Assembly (NCBI GenBank): GCA_035221665.1
Contig: CM069155.1
Span: 23,932,001-23,996,000 of the forward strand
From: Okamejei kenojei
Lineage: Eukaryota
Direction of reading: 5' to 3'
DNA: 64,000 bases
Each line of letters begins with the position of its first letter. Within the stretch, counting starts at the first letter, position 1. Both the position numbers and the translations under genes were made by a program. Positions 50,540 to 63,065 of the stretch are shown in pieces. A model generated the notes under the pieces. That model did not search any database. It was not told the origin of the DNA and saw only the letters and a list, made by a program, of their open reading frames with translations.

Positions 50540-51479
50540 AATGAATGGAAGAATACTCGAGGGTTGTAAATCCCATGAGAGGTTTATGGGATCGCTCCTG
50601 GGTGTTGCCAATCTCACCTCCGGCTACACAAAATGTGGGAAGGAGGGAGACTGACCAGTCAATACAATAAAGAAGCAAAGTCCAGCAGTGCTGAAAGTGT
50701 TTGCCATAACTACTGGATTGAATGATACTGTGTATGAATTACAATGGAGAGTGAGTGTTTCAGCTGGGTGCTTTACTAGGATGGTGGCACCAAGGGTTAT
50801 GACTGCGATGGCTGTAATGATGGCAGGATGCATTAAAGATCATGTTACAACGAGGAGCCTCCAGCAAAAAACAATACTCGTACTGTGCCTTTAAAGCAAT
50901 AACATGCCCCCAAGGTCAGGGAAACAACCCAAAAGCAGAGAAAATCCAGACTCACAAAACAGCAGCAAAAGTCAGAAGAGATGGTAACATAGTAAAGGGT
51001 GTTCATGAGGGTGAATGTATTGAAGTTAAAGTGTTGGGACCATGGGAAGCACATGGGTACAAGTGCCGAGTACTGAGTGGGAAGGGAAATAACCAGTGAG
51101 GTCCTGGATGAGTGTCTGTAGTGAATGACATGGGATGTTGCCAAGCACAGCACTGGAAGATTCAGATGTCATGAGGAAGAAGCTGTGAATAAAGATCTCA
51201 GCAGATGCAGAAAGAGGGTAGGGTGTGACCACGTGATGTTTTGGAGGCTGAGGTACTCTGTGATAAATTGGCTGTGGAAATATAGATTCAAATTTTATCT
51301 CGTGCAATGAAATTCCTTGTCCTTATGATGCATCCCAGAGTTGAAAGTACACATGGTAATGATAAATAAAGTAGTATTTCTCATCACCTTGTATATTGGC
51401 ATTTGGTTTATTATTGGCATGTGTACCGAGATACAGTTTAAAGCTTTGTTTGTGTGCTATCCAGTCAGACCACACAAGA

Positions 51480-51915
51480 CCAGACCAGACACCCGGCTTC
51501 AGAGCTGTGGTGCTCCAGCGTTCCAGCGGCGGACCCGGCTTCAGAGCTGTGGTGCTCCAGCGTTCCAGCGGCGGACCCGGCTTCAGAGCTGTGGCGGTGC
51601 TCCAGCGTTCCCGCGACGGTGGCGGCGGCAGCCCGGCCTCGGAGGCTCGGCCGCGGGCCTAGTGGACGACAACATCGGAGGCCTGGCTCGCCTCAGCGCA
51701 GAGGGAGAACAAGGAGGGAAAAAGACAGAGACTTGAAGACTTTTGCCTTCCACCACAGTCAGGAGCTGCCTGGTAAACTCACTGTGGTGGATGTTAAATA
51801 TGTGTTTATTGTGTGTTTTGTTTTTTATTATATGTTATGACTGCAGGCAACAAAGTTTCGTTCAGACTGAAAGGTCTGAATGACAATAAAGGATGCTTTG
51901 ACTTTTTGACTTTGA
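51480..51915 (+). mobile_element. Unclassified GC-rich non-autonomous retroelement with Rex1-like 3' end
   Basis: 3' stem-loop TTCAGAC-TGAAAG-GTCTGAA, then TGACAATAAA and (TTTGAC)-type tail. Confidence 0.55.
51491..51612. repeat. 42-bp GC-rich tandem repeat, about 3 copies
   Basis: ACCCGGCTTCAGAGCTGTGGTGCTCCAGCGTTCCAGCGGCGG starting at 51491, 51533 and 51575. Confidence 0.9.
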
Positions 51916-52207
51916 GTACAAGCAAGCCATACATGAGTACAGGAGATAATGAAAAGTAGTGCAGAATATAGTGTGACAGTGCTACACTAACAGAGAAAAA
52001 GTCTAGTGCTCGCAATGAGGTGGGATGGAAGATCAGGTTATATAATCAGCAGAGATGAAACTCGTCAGAATGTGTTCTGGGCAGAAACAATGCAATGAAG
52101 TAAGTACCACATCATTTTACAATTTTACAACAAGAAATTAAAACCCCAAAACTGCAGATTTTGTACATTTGAATTTAAAAATAGGAAACGCTGGTACAAT
52201 GCTGGAA

Positions 52208-52550
52208 GGGGTGGCACGGTGGCGCAGCGGTAGAGTTGCTCCCTTACAGCGCCAGAGATGTGGGTTCGATCCTGACTATGGGTGCTGTCTGTACGGAGTT
52301 TGTACGTTCTCCCCATGATTGCGTAGGTTTCCCCCCGGGTGCTCCGGTTTCCTCCCACATTCCAAAGACTGTACCTTAATTGGTGCACGTGACAATAAAC
52401 GTGAATCTGAAGACGCGCAGGTTTGTAGGCTAATTAGCTTTGGTCAAAATTGGCAATTGTTCCTCGTGTCTAGTGTACTGGGATCGCTGGTCGGCGCAGA
52501 TTTGGTGGGCCAAAGGGCCTGTTCATGCGCTGGATCTCTAAACTAAAACT
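52208..52550 (+). mobile_element. Full-length HE1/V-SINE with a small internal insertion
   Basis: A box TGGCGCAGCGG, B box GGTTCGATCC, V-domain, CTAAACTAAAA tail. Confidence 0.9.
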
Positions 52551-52726
52551 GAATTCAGCAGGTCACTCTGCCTCTGAGGAAAAGAAACAGTTACCATCTC
52601 AAGTCCAGGACGTTAGTGAGCAACAGAATGCATCTTTTATTCTCCTTAACAATTCCCTCACTTCAGCATAATGTGATGCCTACAACCACAATCTTGTGCC
52701 CTCTAATACTTTGCCCAGTAAAGCAC

Positions 52727-52790
52727 GTCAGGCAACATCCCTGGAGTTCACGGATAGGTGACGGTTTGAGTCAGGACCCTTCTTCAGACT
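52727..52790 (-). mobile_element. Penelope-like hammerhead fragment
   Basis: GGATAGGTGACGGTTTGAGTCAGGACCCTTCTTCAGACT. Confidence 0.65.
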
Positions 52791-54319
52791 TTGTCCAGGA
52801 TGGTTCACAGTCATCAAGATGCATACACCTTCGCCAGCAATCATTGCTGGGCAGCAGTAAAGATCAAGACTTCTGCTGACCCTAAATACAGTCTGCTACC
52901 TGCCAGAGCCGACTGCTGTTAGTTCATTCAGTGGAGACTATGGCTACTGGTGATCCAGCTGCACGTGCAATACAATTGCTGAACCAGCAAGGAAATTGAT
53001 ATCGTTTCTTATCTAAGCCAATTTGCCACCTTCCCCCTGGGAGGACAGAGTCAGCAACCTGGAAGTATATTGTGAGGGAGTTTACGATGTTGGACATCAC
53101 TGAACTCCACTCTGCGGATGTTTGACGCCACTGTGACCTTCTCTCAGAGGCACAAACACCTGTAGTGCCGACAGAAGCGGGTGAATGGCAAGCCTCACTT
53201 CACCCCAAAGAATTACCCTCAAAGTTCCCCTTGCAATATTCAGCCTCTGTCCCTTCAGATCCAATTTTCTTTTAACTAAAAACTTCTCTCTTATTTCCAT
53301 TACAGATACAACAATTGAATTCACAAATTTACAGATTCCTGACAGAGCCGGCAAGCCAGTATCACTGCACAAGCTGCTATCAGCTCCCTCGTGGCTGCAC
53401 ATTAATCAAAAGGCAGCGAAAAAGGCACCAAACTAAAAACTGTGGCTGCGCGATTAATCCCCATGGGCTAAGGTGACTGCATTAAAAGCTGTTAAAAGTT
53501 TGTTAACAATAACAACCTGAGAACCCCTGAGGAACACGGCTAGAAAATTGCATCTCGGTTTCAAATGCAAGTTAATTCACTCGGATCCAGGCTTTATTAT
53601 TCATTCATTCAACCTATAGTTTTCACCCCAGCAGTAAGGTCTGTAACCTTGTAAACACAATGCTCGACCTTCACCTTCACTATAGTGCAATAGAACCGCC
53701 GTTTTTATGTTCTCTAAACAGGACACATTCCAGTTCAAAGAAGTACTGTATTCTATGAATTGATAGAACTGAAGCTGGCCATTTGGCCCATTCTGTTCAT
53801 ACTGGATGTATGACAGTTTAGCGGATCGTACCATCTGGTTCATGGTCTGTGGGCTCTAGTTTCCTCTTCCAAGTTGTTTTAAATGCAACAAAGGCATCCT
53901 TCACCACCAGCATTGTAGGTAATGAGTTCCAGACTCTCTCTTCCCTCTGACTGAAAAGTTTCCCTTCAATCCCCAGTTAATCTTTCTCACAATAACCAAG
54001 GGATATTGATTTTCAAGATTTTAACACCTCTGCTGAGGCACATAGATCCTTCTCATCCACTCTGCCTCAGTTTCTCATAACCTTGTGCAGTCTCAGTGCT
54101 AGGACTCTTGCTCACCTTGTGAATCAAAAGCTGTGAGTTCAGGTCCAGAGACTTAGGTGCAAGATTTTGGATTCACTTGAAAACATTACATTGATACTCA
54201 CAAAAATTCAACACGCTTGAGCAAATTAGGCCTCTTCATAGGCAAATTCAAAATCTTTCAACAGATTCCATGTCAGCATTGTGAGAGAAAACCAATCAGA
54301 GTCTGGCCATACATCAACA

Positions 54320-54780
54320 AATACGGATGAGGTGAAGATCGGAGGTGTTGCCAATAGCCAGGATGGTTGTCCAAGGCTACAGCAGATGATAGATCAGATG
54401 GGTTCATCATCAGAAAGACGGCCGAATAAAATAAAGACTATTCCAATACTCTCCTGGCTGCACATCTTGCCCAACATTATCAATAAGGTTTTATGCCATA
54501 TCTTTGATAAAGGTTTAAGATGAGAGGGATAAGATTTTATAGGAACCTGAGGGGCAATATCTTTCACAGAGAGGGTGGTGGGTATATGGAACGAGCTGCC
54601 ACAGGAGGTAGTTGCGGCAGGTACTGTAACAACATTAAAAATACATTTGGACAGGTGCATAGATAGAAAAGGTTTAGAGGGATATGGACCAAATACAGGA
54701 CTAATGTAGATGGGGCATCATGGGCGGTGTGGGCAAGTTGGGCAGAAGGACCTGTTTCCACACTGTATGGCTCTAGTTAT
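54320..54780 (+). mobile_element. CR1 fragments
   Basis: DEVKIGGVA (decayed ADDTKIGG) and 3' ORF/UTR. Confidence 0.75.
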
Positions 54781-56261
54781 GTTTGTTATATCTAATATAA
54801 ATGTATCCACATATTCAAACGCTCCATTATCTCATACATTGATCCCTCTAAACATCCCCGTCTCTCCACCCCACAGATATTTTACTTTGCCATTGCATGC
54901 GTTCATCCATCCTCTCCCCAACACCGATTATCAAGCCAGGTAGGGATTCAACTCTGGAGTCAACAGGCTAAACCAACCCATCTCCCTCCACAAGTCTCCA
55001 TCCCCCTTTAACACTTCCCCTAAAACGTTTCCCCAACATTTTAATCATATCTTCTGTTTCATTTTAATGTACAGTGATACACAACAAATGGGGGCATTCT
55101 CCAGCATAAAAGGCACTCTGTGAACGCAAATTGTGGTTGGAATGCTATTAAGGATGTCACGGTGTCACGGCCGCAGCTATACAAGGGTACACAGTGAGAT
55201 GGTGTGTTGTACAGGAGATGGGTTGGAAACTTCACCATGAAGATAATTGGGAGGTACAGTCACACAGATTGCTTCTGCACCTCCCTGCGCCATGCGCCTT
55301 ACAACGGAACTGCTTCTGTGGATTTATTGTGTGTTAAAGTGTGGGAGTGGAAAGGCCACTACTCGTTTAGCAAGGGGGTGGGGGGGGGGGGGGGGTGGGG
55401 AAATCGAGTGAAATGAAATGTTACTCATAAAAAGTAGAGTTCCTAATGTTATTGTTAATGTTATGTTCTTCTCCACTCTCAAGGGCCATTTCCCAGCTGT
55501 CAATGTGGGTTAAATCACAAACAATGCTCCATGCATCTGTTCACCTTTGTGTTAGATTTTGTATGACTTTAAGATAAACACTGATTCCTGCCAGTTGAAT
55601 TGCTGGACGAAGTCCATTGTTTCTATAGCAATGCTGACCGGCAGCCCAATCAGTCCCTGCCTGGACTGGATAGATTTTATTTGTTGGTGTCAACACCTCT
55701 GCTGAGAAATTAATTCAGTTAAAACTTACTTGATGGCTTGGACTGTGCGCTTGAAAGGTTAACCCAAGGAGGTTAATTGACCGTGGAACAGACAAATTCA
55801 ATTACTCTGATTGGGAAACCATTAAAACAAGCTGCTCTCGGTCCCAGCACAACATTAATAGGACGCGAGAGCCATCTGCAAATACATGACTGCGAGTTAA
55901 AAGATTCCTATTGATAAATAATAATACTGATGGCTTCCATTTATTGTTTTGTCTGAAGATCTGCTTTCTCGGGGATTGAAAATTGACATCCAGATAAGAG
56001 GTTGCACTAGGAAAATCTGCTTGGGATTGTTTCATCTCTAAGACCTGCCTAACGTGCAAGCTCTACATGGAATCCACTCAAGGATGACATTCTGGGTTAA
56101 TTCTATCTTGTTGTGTTCTTTACCCTACAATGTATTTTTCTTCTGCTTATTGCTCACATCATAGTTTTAGCTTGGCTGCTTTATTTTGACAGAGTACAGA
56201 GAGGGTGCTGAGTACACTCTCTGCAGGTGACCCTGCATTTATTTAAGAACTTTAAGCTCTT

Positions 56262-57050
56262 CAAGCTGGAAAGGGTACAGTGAAGATTTACGAGGATGTT
56301 GCCAGGACTAGAGGATCTGAGCTTATAGGCAGAGGTTGAGCATGCTGGGACTGTATTCCTTGGAGCGCAGGCGGATGAGGGGTGGTCTTATAGAGGTGTA
56401 TAAGATCGTGAGAGGAATAGATCGGGTAGATGCACAGAGTCTCTTGCCCAGAGTAAGTGAATCGCGAACCAGAGGACATAGGTTTAAGGTGAAGGAGAAA
56501 AGATTTAATAGGAATCTGAGGGATAACGTTTGCACACGAAGGGAGGTGGGGGTATGGAACAAGCTGCCAGAGGAGGTAGTTGAGGCAGGGACTATCCCAA
56601 CATTTAGGAAACATTTAGACAGGTACATGACTAGGACAGGTTTGACAATTTGACAATAGACAATAGGTGCAGGAGTAGGCCATTTGACGCTTCGAGCCAA
56701 TGTGATCATGGCTGATCATCCCCAATCAGTACCCCGTTCCTGCCTTCTCCCCATATCCCTGATTTCGCTATTTTTAAGAGCCCTATCTAGCTCTCTCTTG
56801 AAAGCATCCAGAGAACTTGCCTCCACCGCCCTCTGAGGCAGAGAATTCCACAGACTCACCACTCTTTGTGAGAAAAAGTGTTTCCTCGTCTCGTTCTAAA
56901 TGGCTTACTCCTTATTCTTAAACTGTGTTTGGAAGGATATAGACCAAATGCTGGCAGGTGGGACTGAGTGTAACTGGGACATGTTGGCCGGTGTGGGCAA
57001 GTTGGGCAGAAGGGCCTGTTTCCACACTGTATCGCTCAATGACTCTAACT
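56262..57050 (+). mobile_element. CR1 3' fragment interrupted by an opposite-strand CR1 (56645-56926)
   Basis: LGLYSLERRRMRGGLIEVYKI...HLDRYM; host resumes at GTTTGGAAGGATATAGACC. Confidence 0.9.
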
Positions 57051-57119
57051 GCCAATGCAGCAGCAAGCTCAGTGTTACACATCACTCACTGAGTTTCCAT
57101 GTGAAATATGAAGGAGTCT

Positions 57120-57478
57120 TTGGACAGAGTGCGGAAGAGGTTTACCAGAATGCTGTCTGGAAAAGTGGGTATTGGCTGTAAGGAGAGGTTGGACAAATTG
57201 GAGCACAGGAGGCTGAGGGGAGACGATAGAAATATATACAAAATATGAAAGGCACAAAGGAGAAGCATGGGGCAAGTTCTTGACACAGTGTGGTGGGTGT
57301 CTGGATCGTGCTGCCAGGAGTGATGGTGGAGGAAGATACAAGAATGGCATTTAAAATGGTTTTTAATAGCACTTGGATATGGAGGGATATGGATCGCGTG
57401 CAGGCAGAGCTGATTAATTTAACCTGCCATCATGTTCGGCATGCGGGCCGAAGGGCCTGCTCCTGTTCTATGTTCTAA
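57120..57478 (+). mobile_element. Old CR1 3' fragment
   Basis: AGAGTGCGGAAGAGGTTTACCAGAATG... and TTCTATGTTCTA tail. Confidence 0.75.
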
Positions 57479-58774
57479 GGATCGGAAAAGACAAACAGGG
57501 ACTTGGTGGAGCCAACGGCAAGTCCACGATTTCTCCTCCACCTCCACCCCACCCTGTCCATCCGTCTCGTGTGCCAGTGTTAGACACTGTTGGATTAACT
57601 CTTCGTAACTGGCACACACACAGTGCAGCTTCGAATCCTCCAATGCCCATCCCCATATCGCACAAAACCATCCCATCGGCTGCAAGAGCTATTTTGCCGA
57701 TGAATGGAGTGGTTACCAGGGAACACTCCCCTGATCTAATGCTTTATCGAAGGTCACCCTGTTCACAGCGTTCTCCATGGTCAGCACTGTCATTACTGAT
57801 GGAATCGGGCCACCAAAGTCAATGGGAATTGAAGTTGTACAACTGAGGTCTGATCCAGACAGAAAACGCACTGAACAGATCACACTTGTGTTAACCCCAC
57901 ATCTGGCTCTTTTACACGCACATGCACGTACGCAATAAAGAGATAAAATGTGGAATGTTACAATGCAGAACCAGGTTGATTCATCAAACCTACTTTGGCA
58001 CTTTCCTCCATGACTTTCCTGCTCTAATCGTTCTCTCTCGCTCACTGCCCTGCTATTTGAGATTCCTTGTTTTCAAGCAACCATCTAATGGCCTTTGCAA
58101 AGAATTTATGGAATATATTTCCACGTGGTTTGCTGTGGAGAGTCCCACAGTCTGAGCACCCTCCAGGGTAATGAATTCTTTGCTAAATTTATGACCCCTT
58201 TGCTGACCAATGAAAACAATTTTTCGCTCCTTGCCTCATCAAAATAGCTGCCAAGTCTTACACCAGTCTCTGCTTCTAGGGGGGGGGGGGGAGAGGTGAA
58301 CGTGAAGGAAGAGGACTCCAAGATGATGCGCTCAATCACAACGCACTGCACTAGTACACATGTTGAACGCAGCACAACAGTCCAGTGTTCATCTACGTCC
58401 CATACCTCTGCTCTCAACCTCTGTCCTACCCGCCAGAGAAAGTCTAGGGTTCCACTTCCACCCCACCAGCCTCTCGTTCAACAGATCCACAGAGGGGACC
58501 AACGGTTGATCAAAGAGACACGTTTTGCAGAGTGCCATAAATGAGGAAACAGCGATGGGGAAGCAAAGGTTAATGGAAAGAATTATTGGCAGCTGCAGGC
58601 AAAAGCACCAATCCGGAAACAATTACATTCAGGAATGATCCCGAAGCCAGAGATCCCGGCGTGTTATGGGATGGGAGGAGGTGCCAGTGATAGGGATGAA
58701 CTATCCCCATCATGAATCAGATTTCAGATTCAATGCCAATCAATGCCAGCAAGTGGAGCGTCGATAGACGAACT

Positions 58775-59350
58775 GGTTGTCATGGAGTCAAACAGCATGG
58801 ACACAGGAGCATCGGCCCAACCTGTCCACGCTGACTAAGATGCAACGTTCAAGCTGGTTCCATTTACCTGCTCCCAGCCCATGTCCCTCTAAACCAGGGG
58901 TTCTCAACCAGGGGGGAATTCCCCCCCAGGGGGGGAATTTCAGGTTTTCAGGGGGGGAATTGGGACCACAGATTAGCAAACTCAAACTGTTAGAAATAAA
59001 GGATTTTCAGTATTATATGCATAATATTTGGAATGCACTTTTTGAGGCAGACAATCTTGGAAAGGAGGGGAATGACATTCTGACATATGGTGAAAGGGGT
59101 GCATGGGGCAAACAAGGTTGAGAACCACTGCTCTAAACCTTTCTTATCCACGTACCTGCTCAAATGTTGTTATTGTACTTGCCTCGACTACTTCCTCTGG
59201 CAGCTCGTTCCATATACCCACAACTCTGGAGTGAAAATGTTGCCCTTCAGGTCCCTCTCACCTTAAGCCTAAGCCCTTGAGTTCTTGATTCCCCTCCCTG
59301 GAGAAAAGACTGAGCATTCATCCTGTCAACTGCCCTCATGACTTTATACA
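58775..59350 (-). mobile_element. CR1 3' fragment interrupted by a hAT MITE
   Basis: CR1 sequence is continuous on both sides of 58895-59130. Confidence 0.8.
58895..59130. mobile_element. 236-bp non-autonomous hAT (Charlie-like) DNA transposon
   Basis: TIRs CAGGGGTTCTCAACC / GGTTGAGAACCACTG (14/15 match); 8-bp TSD CTCTAAAC (58887-58894, 59131-59138). Confidence 0.9.
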
Positions 59351-60749
59351 TGTGTGAGCATTTGGACCCTATTTGGATAACCTTGTGCATGGAGAGAAGA
59401 ACAAGGAAGGCCAGCCATATTGCTGTGATCCAGCTTTGAAGGAAGTTTCAAGGGCTTTGAGCCTTAGCCAAGTGCTGAATCGGGCAATGTTATGAAGCGA
59501 AAAGAGACGCTCTTGATGATGGTGCGGATTCACGATCTGAGCCTAATTTCTGGAACAAATATATAACAAGATTTAACGAAGCAGATCCAGAGAAGTGCAA
59601 GGTATGGGATGGAATCACAATTGAAGGCACATTCCGAATGGCTCAGAGGCGCTTGTACCATGAAGACAGTCAGTATAATATTTGTGGCCTCCTCCTGCAC
59701 CTATTTGCTATGTTTCTATAATAACGAGTAATAGCTTTAATGGCGATCGTAGATATACAGAAAAACATGATTTAATAAATCGGTATTACTTGCCATGTCT
59801 GTACAAATGGAGGGCCACAGGTCAGGGAACTGCCAATCCAAACAAATGATGCCAGATTTTTAACGAGGGGCAGAGACCGAACTAAGGTGGGAGATGGGTC
59901 GGGGAAGGGAATAGATGGTACTTCAAGGAAGTGAGATCGATACAAGGAAGTGTTGCGATGGTGCTGTGATTGAGCAGGTTTGAAAAGTGAGATAGCAAGC
60001 CCAAGGAAACAACTGTGAATACAGGATGGAGAGTTAAAGTGGAGGAAAAACATAGGTAGGAGGGAGGTGGATAATAAGATCAGCGGACATGACAGGGCAG
60101 CGAGCAGAGTGATTGAGCCCGCAGTTCTGATCACAATAATAATGCAACACTTCCTGTACATCTGATTATGCTTCCCACACATATTAACTTTAAGGCTTGC
60201 ATTTTAGCTAATTTTCTCCTTGCATCTATGTTCCTAATTCTACATTAGAATGTTGACTTTTCTTTTCAATTATTATCCTTATTGTACAAATATTTACATA
60301 TAGCTTCAAATGATATTTGAACCCTTTAAATCCAGGGCACTCCAGTCTGGAATTCATTCCTTATTTGCCCTCCCCTACAATATACTTGACCTCCTTTTTT
60401 ACCTCCTTTTAAAAGTTTGATCTTAGTTTTCCTTCCTCTTGCCTGCAAAGTGTAGTGACTGAATCCCTTCTATTACTGATCATTGCATTAAATTACTTTT
60501 CTCTGCAAAGTTTTAACTCTTTGTGGGGATGTGGTTCCAAAGGCATCAGATGAACTTCCATTCCTTATTTATGTTTACTAAGATCACATGAATGTTTTGC
60601 CTCCATGTAGAGTGCCCATGGGCCAGGGATCCTCAGGAGGCAGTGGGGGAAGGTGCATTTCTTCCATGGAGCTCATAGTATTGAATCTGTTTCTCCTGTA
60701 GCCCTGGTAATGTCTTCCCATGACAGGGCTTGCAATAGGTGCTTCAGGA

Positions 60750-60865
60750 GTCATATAGTCACAGTGTCATACAGCATGGAAACAGGCCCTTCTGCCCAAC
60801 ATGCCCATGCCTGACCAGGATGTCCCAACTACGCCAGTCCCACCTGCCCGTGTTTGGCCCACATT
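60750..60865 (-). mobile_element. CR1 3' tail fragment
   Basis: CATGGAAACAGGCCCTTCTGCCCAAC...TTTGGCCCACAT. Confidence 0.7.
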
Positions 60866-62787
60866 CCACTTTCAAAAAGGAAGGAGTCTGGTGTCAGACA
60901 TACGAATGGCATCATGTGCTCAACAAAGCTGAGGGGGTGCCGCTATGAAACCAGACTGGATGTAAGTCATCCTCGATCCCGAGCGGTTGCCTGAGGAGAA
61001 GGTTGCAGCAGTCTGCCCGTTACAGGGACCCTTGTAGTCAATCTGATGCTGTCAACTGACCCTGACTGGTATTAACCTACGTGAGCACTGCTTGTAGACT
61101 GAAACTCAAAACCTCCTGGTCTGTCTGATTCAGGCACTCGTTGACTCAACCCACAGAATTGCCATTAGAATATTAGAATCAAATCATAACAACAGCCCAG
61201 AAGAGACATCTCACAATGTGACCCTGTGGAAACATAAAGGACTCGTCAGGAATTATGTTGCCTCGTGCAGCACTGGAGTCAGACATGCTCTAGAGGGTTA
61301 ATTCTAAATCCCTTGAGTTTACATTACTGTTGAGGTTTGCCATTAAAATGTGAACTGTTCACTCATTTATTCTGCAATGCTATCTAATGAGAGCTAATTA
61401 ACTTATACAAACATATGAATATTACTCACACGTACACCAACTCTCTCAAAGGACACTTGAATCCCATCATGTTTATAGCAAGCCTTTTTTTTGTAATTAT
61501 TTATTTGAGATTCCTTATTAATATGCAGAGACATTGTAAAGGAGCTGACTTGGAGAGTACTCTGAAGTGACAATCTGGTGGCAAGTGCAAATCCCGTCTT
61601 TATTTGATGAACGCACCAATTAAGAACATGCTCAGACTAACGGCGGTGAAGAGCAGGTCTGCAGAGCACAAGCTGTGACTGTTTGTACTACGACTGGGAG
61701 AAATGAAGGCAACGACCCCCTGGGAAAACCTGCCAGCAAAGTCTCTTCCTTCCAGCTCAGTGCCACCCTGATGGATCTGCTGCCTGCCTACTCCCCTCCC
61801 AGAGAGGGCATAAGCCGAGCCCGACCGACCAACGCCGTTTATCATCAATCGGACACGGTGCAGTTACAGGGGTGGCCTCTCCCTTCCTGGGTGGGGATAT
61901 GATGCAACAAGAGGCATCACTTGGTGACTTGTTAGCTCGGGAAATATAAATCTTTCTGGGCAGTTCGACAGCACGGTGATGGATCAAACCAATTAGCACC
62001 ATTTTCATCACAGGCCTCTCATGGAGTGCAGAGAGACTTTGATTCAGCCACCAGTTGAAAGTTAGTTTGCTTGATTGTGTAGAGTGTGTGTTTTCAAAGG
62101 AGCGCAGCTGGAGATTTACACTGCCTCTTCAGTTCCTGGCCCCAGGGGCTCAATGCGATAGTTTAACGCAACAAAATATGAGAGCTGCCATCAATGCAGA
62201 TGACGCTTTATAATTCATGGGGATTTATAGGCTGCATTCCTGCCAATCTAGAGACGCTTTTAGTGACAATTGATTGCGGTATGATTAGCTCCAGGGAACA
62301 GATTCCATGCCAAGATTATTTTTGCAACAGCCGGGAAGAAATCAATAGTTTAATATTAATTGACAGCCAGGCGAAGTCCACACATGTGAAGTATTGCCAT
62401 ATTTGAAAAACCCCAATAATATTTAGGTTTACTCTATCCTTTAACTATCTTCCCCAGCAGGAGATGAAAACAAGTTTCCCGGCTCGGTTGTTAATCATTC
62501 GAGCTGCTGTGGTTTGGTGGCTCGGAGATATGAAGCCTTCCTATCTTGGGGTTATAGCACTGAAAGAGCACAGCACTAAGTTTTGTTCCAATTAAGTGTA
62601 TTCCAGTGAGTGGCTCTGCATTTGTATCTCTAACCTCCGCGATGCTCCAGCTTCCAGGCCCCAGTAGGGTTTCAGACAACACAGGTCATTACTCTGTGCA
62701 GCAGCTTCTGATATGATTTAAATTGCCCAAGCAGCTCTAATGGCAGCGTATCTTTCTGGCACAGCTCTGCTGCAGGGAGCCCACCAC

Positions 62788-62981
62788 TAGGAAGGAACTG
62801 CAGATGATGGTTTAATCCGAAGATAGACACAATAAGGTGGAGTAACTCAGCGGGACAGGCAGCATCTCTGGAGAGAAGGAATGGGTGACGTTTTGGGTCG
62901 AGACCAAGGGTCACTCACCCATTCCTTCTCTCCAGAGACGCTGCCTGTCCCGCTGAGTTACTCCAGCTTTTTGTGTCTATC
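62788..62981 (-). mobile_element. Fold-back Penelope-like element with partial hammerhead
   Basis: Tailed arm 62788-62905, inverted arm 62915-62981. Confidence 0.85.
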
Positions 62982-63065
62982 ACTGCTAGGATGAGCTCCA
63001 GAGCAGAGTATGGACCCGGACGACGCAGCTGAGAGTATTTCCACCACAACTGGGACAACACCTTT

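Noticed and set aside
51491-51612. Repeats of CRISPR-like length (also 14781-14838)
   Set aside because: Contiguous tandem units with no spacers, in eukaryotic DNA.
52208-52280. tRNA-like sequence with A and B boxes
   Set aside because: It is the tRNA-derived head of an HE1 SINE, not a tRNA gene.
61994-62015. TAGCACCATTT, miR-29-like
   Set aside because: Only the first 11 nt match and there is no complementary 5' arm.
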